Shown here: piece after piece, positions 1 through 8,338 of the stretch | How positions within the stretch are numbered: position 1 is the stretch's first letter | How the letters are laid out: every line of letters starts with the position of its first letter | The notes under the pieces: generated by a model | Told to the model about the DNA's origin: nothing | Seen by the model: the letters and a program-made list of their open reading frames with translations, nothing else | The model's database searches: none | NCBI GenBank assembly: GCA_051294375.1 | Contig: CM119270.1 | Location: forward strand, 1,462,812-1,479,353 | DNA from: Paraspadella gotoi | Taxonomy: Eukaryota > Animalia > Chaetognatha | Direction of reading: 5' to 3' | Length of the DNA: 16,542 bases | Made by a program: the position numbers and the translations under genes

Positions 1-282
1 TCAAGTAAAGAAACAAAAGATCATAAATCTGTCAACGCAAAAAGTTTTATTGCAACAATAATATTTAAACGAATTTCAGTTTTCACCATCTATTCGATAA
101 AGAAACTAAATTAAAATTAAAATTAACCAAGCGTCTAGAACAAATGTAACAAGTAGCCCACATTTAAATGGTTTTTCTTTTGTAAAAATTAAATATTCTT
201 AAAACTGGAAAGTACTATTAAGCATTAACAAATATCACATTTAAATGGTTTCTCTTTTGTATGAGTTCGATGATGCAGTGTC
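1..282. repeat. Near-identical copy of 1376-1654, truncated by the window start and an N gap
   Basis: Both copies run from TCAAGTAAAGAAACAAAAGA to GATGATGCAGTGTC and differ mostly by small indels. Confidence 0.95.
150..282 (-). pseudogene. Partial C2H2 zinc-finger coding sequence (second copy)
   Basis: Minus strand 281-228 translates TLHHRTHTKEKPFKCDIC and 183-160 translates TKEKPFKC. These match the HxxxH-TGEKP[FY]xCxxC Kruppel linker pattern. A stop and frameshift lie between them. Confidence 0.85.
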
Positions 283-355
283 NNNNNNNNNNAGAACAAA
301 TTTTCCCTGTCTTAAGATTCAATTTTCTTAATTTTTCTTTCAAAACTAAATATAG

Positions 356-427
356 TCCTCGGTAGTATAGTGGTGAGTATTCTCGCCTGTCACGCGAGAG
401 ACCGGGGTTCGATTCCCCGCCGGGGAG
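356..427 (+). tRNA. tRNA-Asp: tRNA-Asp (anticodon GTC), eukaryotic cytosolic type
   Basis: Sequence TCCTCGGTAGTATAGTGGTGAGTATTCTCGCCTGTCACGCGAGAGACCGGGGTTCGATTCCCCGCCGGGGAG. Acceptor stem TCCTCGG/CCGGGGA; anticodon stem CTCGC/GCGAG around loop CTGTCAC; T-arm CGGGG-TTCGATT-CCCCG. Internal A and B boxes are present, there is no encoded CCA, and a TTTT Pol III terminator follows at 435-438. Confidence 0.97.
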
Positions 428-726
428 AATATCATTTTGATGATTATTACTGAGAAATTATCAGTTTTGTTTGTTATTTATTTTTAAAGGTATCTAAGAA
501 TATTGGAATATTAGATTCAGTAAAAAAAGTTGTGCGTATGTACTATGTAGTAGAATTGAAGAACATTGATCTCATTTTTCAAAACTAGTCAGTTAAATTA
601 CCTAGCAAAGTTGTTATTTTTCAAATATGCAATATGTATTTATACAATAATTTCTGGTTAAAAAAAACGCTTTTTTTTATCGAAAAATATTTTTACAATT
701 CGAGTTCCGATAAGTTCAAAGCAAGT

Positions 727-784
727 GGGTCATATTAAGAGGTAAGAACAGATAAGGTTAGGGTCAGATTAAGAGGTAAGAACA
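727..784. repeat. 24-bp direct repeat, 2 copies, period 34
   Basis: GGGTCATATTAAGAGGTAAGAACA (727-750) and GGGTCAGATTAAGAGGTAAGAACA (761-784), one mismatch. Confidence 0.85.
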
Positions 785-1499
785 TTCGTCGGGTCGAATT
801 GTTTGGGTCAACGGATAAAGAAAGTTTCCATTCTCTCTCTCTCTCGACCTTCACCTTCCGTCGCCCGAAGAAAAAGTCTCACGTGACTAATGAGGAACTC
901 CGGTTTCTTTATTTTTTTGGTCGTGTCTTTGGCTTTCATCTTCGGATTTCGTCGCCTACCGTTCATGGACTGATAGAGACAGAGACACTGATAGAAAGAG
1001 AGAGACGGCGACAAAAAAGGGATGCGCTAAAGGTCGGGGGGAGAGGTAAGGTTGAGATAATTTAGGTTCCAGGTTAAATATCCGTGTTTGGGAACACGGG
1101 GGGCTGGGAAGTTGGAAGAGAAAATTGGGCCGAGTCGATTCGGTAAGTTCGCGAAAAAAAAGGGTAAGTTTGGAATTGTGACTGACGTCAGGACATCGCA
1201 ATCTAATTCCGAAAATTGATTGCAAGAATGTTGCAGATTATAGAAAATTTTCTGAACGCTTTATTGCTGGTAACATTGTTATTACTAACATCAACGATTA
1301 CTTTTAGGAATCGATGTTCACTTGTTTTGTTCGGAAGATGGACAAATTTCTGATCATTAAAAGAGGGCAGTCTCATCAAGTAAAGAAACAAAAGACATAA
1401 ATCTGTCAACGCAAAAAGTTTTATTGCAACAAAATATTTACAACGAATTTCAGTTTTAACCATCTATTCGATAAAGAAACTAAATTAAAATTAAAATTA

Positions 1500-2000
1500 A
1501 CCAAGCGTCTAGAACAAATTGTAACAAGTAGCCACATTTAAAGTTTTTCTTTGTAAAAATTAAATATTCTTAAAACTGGAAAGTACTATTAAGCATTAAC
1601 AAATATCACATTTAAATGGTTCTCTTTTGTATGAGCTTTCGATGATGCAGTGTCACACAATATAATATACACCGGGAAAAATTAGCACATGAGATCGAAC
1701 AGTTAAATCTTTCATCTTTCATCTTCTAACCGTTTCAAAATTTCATCGTTTAAGAGCATATTAACGGTTTAGCAGAATAACCACATTTAAACCACAGTTC
1801 GACAACATTTTAAACAGATCTCACAGTTTCACAGTCGGTTTTAAAAAAAGTTTCACCGATGTTTCACAGATTGGTCCTCAGACGGCGTCGAGATCTCCAA
1901 AGACTTGGCCAAAATTTCTGTGATCAAAGTCGAATCTTTGAGTCTCGACATCAGAAGGAGACGGAGGCGTTCATCGCTCAGACTCTGGGGGGGTGGGGGT
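1500..2000 (-). pseudogene. C2H2 (Kruppel-type) zinc-finger protein, about 4 fingers, frameshifted (decay or read error)
   Basis: Minus-strand finger starts recur about every 76-90 nt (canonical 84): FKCGY (~1790), ERFNCSI (~1705), PFKCDIC (~1615), FKCG (~1540). The duplicate at 1-282 shows the intact HTKEKPF linker. An upstream open segment reads SLSDERLRLLLMSRLKDSTLITEILAKSLE. The gene may continue to the stop at 1203. Boundaries are approximate. Confidence 0.75.
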
Positions 2001-2260
2001 AAGAGGGGAGAGAGAGGGGGAGGGGGGGGGAGGAGTGAAATAAGGAAAAAAGGAAGAAAATGGAGGAAATCGAAGGAAGGGGGAAAAGGAAAAAAAAAAT
2101 TGGGGAAAAAAAAATTTCAAAATTAAATTATATATTCCAAGGAAAATAAAAATTATGAATTTGTTTAAATAAAGCGTCATTTTAAACACCATACTGCTTT
2201 AATTAAGACTATGTAATATGTATTGATCAATTTACTATTCACAATTACACACATTTACAT

Positions 2261-3300
2261 TCAGAGATCATCTTTAATCTTGCTGAGAATTTTTGCGATT
2301 TTATGTACGATTACAACTCGGCTAAATAAAAATACCAACAATCCATAGTAACTCGTGTTGGTATTTTTTCCATTTTTTTTCTTCCAAAAGTTAAAAGTAA
2401 AAATAAGTAAAGTAAAATATACAAGAAATAATAGACAATAACAACAAAACAAATAATTATAGTAATTACGCGTGTGTTAACGCTCAACAAGTAGATAACT
2501 GTACGTGGGTGAGAAACTTTCATCCACTAAATGGGGTGAGNNNNNNNNNNNNNNNNNNNNNNNNNNNNNNNNNNNNNNNNNNNNNNNNNNNNNNNNNNNN
2601 NNNNNNNNNNNNNNNNNNNNNNNNNNNNNNNNNNNNNNNNNNNNNNNNNNNNNNNNNNNNNNNNNNNNNNNNNNNNNNNNNNNNNNNNNNNNNNNNNNNN
2701 NNNNNNNNNNNNNNAAGGGAAAGTTAATTGGCAACGAACGAGACAGAAAAAAGGTATGAATATTACCAGTGAAAAAAACTGTCGAAAAGGAGGAAAAAAA
2801 GTGGATCAGAAACGAATCGAGTAAATGTTTACGTAGAGATTCCTAAAATTTAAGCACTCGGGCTTCAACAATGAGCCATAGCCGTTACCATAAAGACAAA
2901 ATAGCTTATTTGATGAATGGATATTTTTTTAAACNNNNNNNNNNNNNNNNNNNNNNNNNNNNNNNNNNNNNNNNNNNNNNNNNNNNNNNNNNNNNNNNNN
3001 NNNNNNNNNNNNNNNNNNNNNNNNNNNNNNNNTCGCACCTTCCCCATCCACCCCCCCCTCTCCTCCCCCTTCCACCTTTAGCAACCCTCCGTCCGGATTC
3101 CCCAGCCAAGGATAACTCTCCGGACAGGACGAGCACGTGTCGAAATTCCGATCGTACAGTTTCCCCTTGAGCGGACGCTTGAGGACGCACGTGCTGCGTT
3201 TGTACCACGGACAGACGGGCGGACGAGAGCGTACGGCGCCGGAGCGGCAGGACCAGTCCTTTAGAGCTGCGGCGGGGGATAAGGTAAAATAAATGGAATG
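2261..3300 (-). other. Fragments of a possible membrane protein, interrupted by two N gaps
   Basis: A hydrophobic stretch VITIIICFVVIVYYFLYILLYLFLLLTF followed by GRKK (ORF 2311-2523), further hydrophobic pieces at 2715-2800, and a Cys-containing open frame at about 3030-3300 (WSCRS...VCPWYKRSTCVLKRP...DTCSSCPESYPWLGNP). AT-rich DNA can mimic transmembrane segments. Confidence 0.3.
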
Positions 3301-3499
3301 GTTTCTGCTTTAACTAAAATCAGTTGAAGAGACAGTGATTATTGATATATGTTAATGACAGAAGAATAAATCATAATTTAAGCCTAAACAATATTTGGAG
3401 GGGAGAAACCTATCACCCAGTGCAAACGGACTTTAAATCGTTTTGAGACCGATTGAAGGAAAACTCGGCGACGCCGATTATTGGTGTATTTGCTGGAGA

Positions 3500-3612
3500 G
3501 CGACGCGCAGCGAGAGAGACGCGAGGGCGAGCCTGAGCGACCGAGAGAGACTGAGCGAGACGAGAAGCGAGCGAGCGGAGAGCCCGAGAGAGGCGGAGCG
3601 GAAAGACAGAGA
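3500..3612. repeat. Degenerate (GAGAGC/GAGC)n microsatellite
   Basis: Run of GAGC, GAGA and GCGA units. A cleaner version appears at 16446-16480. Confidence 0.8.
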
Positions 3613-4590
3613 ATAGTTATTCATTCTCCCATTCCCCATTTAAAACAGGCCTTTACCATCCCAGAGTGCATCTTGTAGTTTCCACTTCGACGTCGGTTCC
3701 CATTTTTCGCACCACAATCGGATCCTGATCCAAATTGGATGACGGTCGGAGACATGGTCACGAAATAACGTCCGCGGCAACATGAGGACAGTTGTCGATG
3801 CAGCATTCCGTCAACCGCCGTTCATCCATCTATGCATAATTGGAAACCGATGCGCGAACAAACAGCGCCAATGGAGAATCAACGGTACCAATTCCAAAGC
3901 CTTAAAAATCTACACCCTGCTAAGCACTATTTGGAACGCATGCAGCTCAAATTTACCCTGACACACCGGAATTGCTCTTCCTCTAGACATAAAGTAGACC
4001 TAGTTCTGTCTTATCTTCACACAGCAGTAGGCATTGAACAAGACTCCTGTTGTGCTCGTCCATTGTCTCACCCAGTCATTTCTGGCAAAAAAACACGATT
4101 GTACAGAGACAGATAATAATCGTTACGAGTAAGTGACCAAAAACGTTTCCAATTATAAGCATTGAGCGAGTCCTTGACCCGAGCTTCGGAACACCGTGTC
4201 GCCAGGCGGGTGTTAAGCGCCCCCGACCCTCTCAAACTGCTCGGCGGCCACCCGGCCTAGAAACCCCGGCGAATGATTTTCCTCCTGCAATGATTGCAAT
4301 CAGGGCATCGCTTCGTCTGTCTCTCTTCTCACCTGCTATTCCTCAGTCATGGAACCAGACCTTGCATGCACATCGGAAGGGAGCTCCCTGTTCCAAGATG
4401 TAATGTCCGCCTATGAAGTTTGCTAGCAAGCATGTTCGTAAGCGGTCTCGAAAGCAGCGGTTCGCGCCGGTCGAGACAGGAGCGCTGCGAATCTGGAAGA
4501 TGTGAGGGGGGTTGGCAGCGGGGAAGTGGACGGACGGTACGGTAAAGGTGGTAGGTGAGGGCGAACGGCTAAGGTAAAAAAAATGCAAGG

Positions 4591-4985
4591 GTGCACAGGG
4601 GACCATCATTTCACGCTCCGACCCACTGGACAAAAAAATTCCTTACCACCTCCGTTACCCATTCCTACCGAGTAAACAAAGACATCAGTTTTCACGGCTG
4701 TCCCGACACGGAAAAATTCCTACCCAACCTCCTGTTATACCCTCTCCTACCGAGTTACACAGACCACCTCAGTTTCTACGTTCCGACCACGGAAAAAATC
4801 CTACCCACCTCCGTTTACCCCTTCCTACCGCAGTACACAGCACCATCAGTTTCACGTCCGACCACGGAACATTCCTACCACCTCCGTACCCTTCCTAACC
4901 GGAAGTACACAGGACCATCATGTTTCACGTCCCGACACGGAAAAAAATTTCCTACCACCTCCGTTCACCCTTCCTACCGAGTATA
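4591..4985. repeat. Tandem repeat, 5 units, consensus about 70-72 bp
   Basis: Units start at about 4591, 4672, 4754, 4833 and 4905. Hand-derived consensus GTACACAGGACCATCAGTTTCACGTCCGACCACGGAAAAAATTCCTACCACCTCCGTTACCCTTCCTACCGA. Units differ mainly by indels. Confidence 0.92.
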
Positions 4986-5356
4986 CTCGGGCTGTGGAAG
5001 AATGAGAATGTAAAATGCCAACGAAACGGTATTTCGTAGCGAATAAATTTTATTGTCACGTATAAAATATATTAAAAAGCCAAAAGCAAAACCATCTTTT
5101 TTTTCTCTTTCGCCAAATAGTATTTCTATTATTTTACTGGCCCTAACTTGATTCAAATTGTCATTATGTCACGTTTTCGAAAGACGGTTAATAATGACGC
5201 GTGAAAATAATTGGCAAAAACTTTAAAATTTTTGTCATCTTCGTGACTATAGATAAAACGTTTGGAAAAAATCCAGTGGCCGATATATTCGGGCCGTTTA
5301 AAACCCAAGTCCAGTCTTGAACCGTAATTAATACGCGAATTTTCTCCAGAATTCAC
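4974..5356 (-). CDS. Hypothetical protein (two abutting ORFs, probably one frameshifted gene)
   Basis: ORFs 5153-5356 and 4974-5156 overlap by 4 nt in AT-rich DNA and have protein-like composition (RPEYIGHWIFSKRF...KIIEILFGE...). No family recognised. Confidence 0.4.
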
Positions 5357-5539
5357 GTATCATTTAACATTTAACATTTATTATTTAACATTTATTCCAC
5401 ATTTACATCGCTTGTAGCTTAAGATGTCATTCATGGACCGTGTCAAAGCTTAAATCTTCCGGCAGGGATTCAAAATATTTAAAGATAACAAAACATTTTC
5501 CACATTACTACATAGTTAATAACAAGTATTTAAATTGTA

Positions 5540-6190
5540 ATCTAATCATTCTTATGACTAAATTCCCCCCTTTGAAAAAAGTCTTCAAAACCGAATCGAA
5601 CACGGCGTTCCTCTTCGGCTTCCATCCTCGTAATAAATGAGCGGGCACTTCCCAAATACCCGGATGTGAATCTTTGGGACAAGAGAAAACTTTACACTCT
5701 GTGGAGTGCGAAGCGATAAATTCAGCAGTATGCTTAAGCCCAAATGCGGTGGCTTGTTCTCGCCTTTGTAAAAGAGGTCCCGGGTTATTTAGCTTAACCC
5801 GACTTCCCTGGTACGGGGAACGTTATCTTAACGCTTAGTTATTGTTTGCAGAATGCCAGGGCCTCATCGTAAACTCACTCGCCGGCGATGCTGCGAATCT
5901 TTTAAGCATCGCCATACCCTTTATTGACACTTTACTTGCTGACCATGCTCGAATCGCTAAAGCACCAAGTTTCTTAGTCGACACTTTACTTGCCGCATGC
6001 TTAGAATACGTAAAGCGATGCCAGTCCTGTTGAGAGCCTCGATCATCAAGGTTCTCCGCCACGATGAAGGAGAAGGCGCACGAAATCCTCTTTTGATTTC
6101 GTCTTTAGGAATTGAGCAAAAAGTTCCAGAGTCTTTTTTCATTTCCGCCAATTTCTTGATTCCATCTTGGCACGGCAAGGTCGGAGAGAG
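5540..6190 (-). CDS. Hypothetical protein with a short internal ~18-aa repeat, frameshifted
   Basis: Overlapping ORFs 5957-6178 and 5835-6062. GACACTTTACTTGC occurs at 5926 and 5980, 54 bp apart, encoding ASKVS twice. Boundaries are approximate. Confidence 0.35.
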
Positions 6191-6568
6191 GGGTAGTGGC
6201 GAAGGGGGAGAGGGGAAGGGGGCTGAGAGAGGGGTAGTTGAGAAGGGCAGGGAAGAGGCGCGGTAGAGGAAGGGCGGGAATGGCGGGGCGAGTAGGCCGT
6301 CAGGAGCAACGGGGGGAGATGAGGGTAGGGAAGTGGGGAGAGGGGAAGCGGGGGCAGCAGAGGTAGGAGAAGGGGGGAGAGAGGGGTAGAGAGGGGAAGG
6401 GGGAGAGGAGGTAGATAAGGGGGGAGAGAGGGGTAGGGGAAGGGGGGAGAGGATCTAGCGGGGAGAGATGGGAAGCGGGAGGGGGCAGAGGAGGGGTAGG
6501 GGAAGGGGGAAGGGGGGGAGGGGTAGGGAGGAAGAGGGAACGGGGTTGGGGGGAAAGGAAGAAAGAGA
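6183..6568. repeat. G-rich polypurine low-complexity tract
   Basis: Almost entirely G/A with many runs of 3 or more G and recurring GGGGAGAGAGGGGTAG units. Confidence 0.9.
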
Positions 6569-6739
6569 TTGTTGGACTTAATATTATTTATTATGTGAAA
6601 GGCTAATACAAAATTGTTAATTATGTTTACCCTACAACTTTAAATTAAAAAAAAAGGTAAAATATACATTAGCAACGAATTACCAAAGTTACATAGTAGA
6701 TCACAAAGACGAGAGAGATAAGAGAGAAAGAGCCAAAGC

Positions 6740-7070
6740 TCAATGGACGGCGAAAAGGAGAAGCGAGAGAAAGTAAAATTCATACAAAATTCGCCCTACA
6801 CCAAGGGTAAGGCAACGAAAAATAAAACGCATCGACAACTGATTCGCTCTCTTCTGATTCCACATTATCCCGATTATCATCTCCCCCCCCCCGACAGGCC
6901 CCACACGGAAACCTACGTTGAGGTCGGCCTGCTTGAAAGTCATCGCCGATTCGTGGGTGAGAGAGTGAGACGCCGATCTCGTGAACCTTCCGAATAAACA
7001 ATTTTCTCGTGTCAACCAGTAATCGTTCTGTATTCGTGACGAACAAGAAAGTTCCTCTGGAGTGACAGGA
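6740..7070 (-). CDS. Possible ELM2-motif protein fragment (frameshifted)
   Basis: HPRIGDDFQA at 6959-6930. The overlapping frame continues QADL...IMWNQ (W at 6860-6862), resembling the ELM2 pattern [IV]xxGxx[FY]QAx[IL]P...[LV]W. Short-motif evidence only. Confidence 0.35.
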
Positions 7071-7279
7071 GATCACATTAATCAAATAAATAAAATAAAT
7101 AAACAAATAAATAAATAGTATGCTTTAACGCCGGACCTTTGTAACCAAGGAATTGAGCCTTGGCCGCTACCTTGCCCGTCCAGTGTTTCGAAAATCAGTG
7201 GCATGATGAGCTCATTTATTTAATTAATGGATAATTTTAATTATTGTTGTAAAAAAATTTTCGTAGTGAGGATTGAGGT

Positions 7280-7575
7280 AGAGAGAAACTTGGGGAAAAG
7301 AGAGCCGAGATAAGAGGGAGAAAAGAGGGGGATAAGGAAAAATCAGAGAAGAAAAAGCGGAAGAGAAAAGAGAGAGAAGAGAAGAAAAAGGAGAGACAGA
7401 GAGAGAAGAGAAGAAAAAGGGGAAGAGAAATAGAAAGCGGCAACGAGAATAGAAAAAGAGAAGCAGAATACAAAAAGAGAAGAGATAAAAAGCAAGAGAG
7501 AATAGAAAAGAGAAGAGAATAAAAGAGAAGAGAATAGAAGAGAGAAAAAGAAAAGTAGAAGACAAGAAGAAACAC
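7280..7575. repeat. A-rich polypurine tract (AAGAG/AGAAG-like)
   Basis: Repeated AAAAGAGAAGAG and AGAATAG units. The minus-strand ORFs here are F/L/S-rich artefacts. Confidence 0.9.
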
Positions 7576-7667
7576 AAGTTGCCGAGACAGCAAAGACGGG
7601 CGATGATTCTTTTACAAGGAACTAACCCTAATTTTTATCATTCCCCTCTTCTGCGCGAAAAAAAATT

Positions 7668-8329
7668 TCAGTTTATTCTGCCGAGCTGCCCAACTTCATG
7701 GAGAGAAAACTTCTTTCCTCTCCATTCCCGTGTCAAACTCTTATCCACCACGGAAAATCTAAATTTCCCATTCCTTAAATCCTTCCCGTATTGCCACTTC
7801 AAATCCCCCCCTCCTCCCAGTCCCACCTAATTTCCACATCCGTCCGGATTCTGTCATTCCACCGAAAAGTTTCTCGTACAATGCCGAAAACGATTTCGAT
7901 CGTTTATTCCACTCGTTCAAAGCCCAAACATCACGAACTGCGGCGATCGAGAGTTCCGGAAGTTGACCGCGGAAATGCTGGATCCGGATGCAGAAGCAGA
8001 CCGGGCAACCGGCAGTTGGCCTTCGTTGCGCACGGGCCGGACGGGCGAGGACGTACGGTGCCGTCGGGTCGGAGGCGTCGCGGAGAAGTTTATGGACGAA
8101 GGAGGTTGGGCTGCCGTTCGGCGGGCATGCAAGGGGAGCGTTGCTGCTTCGAAGCCCGACGTCGTCGGCATCACGTGACTCCGCAGGACCTGCGCGGCCA
8201 GACCTCGAGTCACTCAGATGCAACTCACCGGCGCCGCCAAGCCTCCGAGCGGCATCCCCACTAATGACGGCCCAGCCGAAATCCCAGAGTGAACGCGAAT
8301 GAAAGAGGTAGGAATATCAAAAGATGCAT
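7668..8329 (-). CDS. Hypothetical protein, possibly secreted, with frameshifts
   Basis: ATG at 8329 begins a hydrophobic MHLLIFLPLSFAFTLG. The GC-rich open frame 7759-8223 (CPVCFC...VWALNEWNKRSKSFSALYEKLFGG) continues, after a shift in the G-run near 7810, as DLKWQYGKDLRNGKFRF...GRIN to a stop at 7668-7670. Confidence 0.45.
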
Positions 8330-8338
8330 CCTTGTTTA

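Noticed and set aside
1082-1099. Hairpin CCGTGTT-TGGG-AACACGG as a terminator or Helitron end
   Set aside because: A 7-bp stem is expected by chance, and there is no adjacent U-tract or CTRR terminus.
2477-2759. ORFs spanning N runs
   Set aside because: They are open only because of assembly gaps.
2715-3260. Cys-loop ligand-gated ion channel fragment
   Set aside because: Cys spacing does not match C-x13-C, and N gaps remove much of the region.
3700-3790. Endonuclease/exonuclease/phosphatase SDH-like motif (VSDRHPIWI)
   Set aside because: The motif is not canonical, other catalytic motifs are absent, and the sequence here is too noisy to trust the frame.
4591-4985. CRISPR-like array
   Set aside because: Units are head-to-tail with no unique spacers, no cas genes are present, and the context is eukaryotic.
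7224-7593. F/L/S-rich membrane-protein ORFs (also the N-terminus of 15842-16219, and 1971-2192)
   Set aside because: They are translations of simple purine or A-rich repeats.
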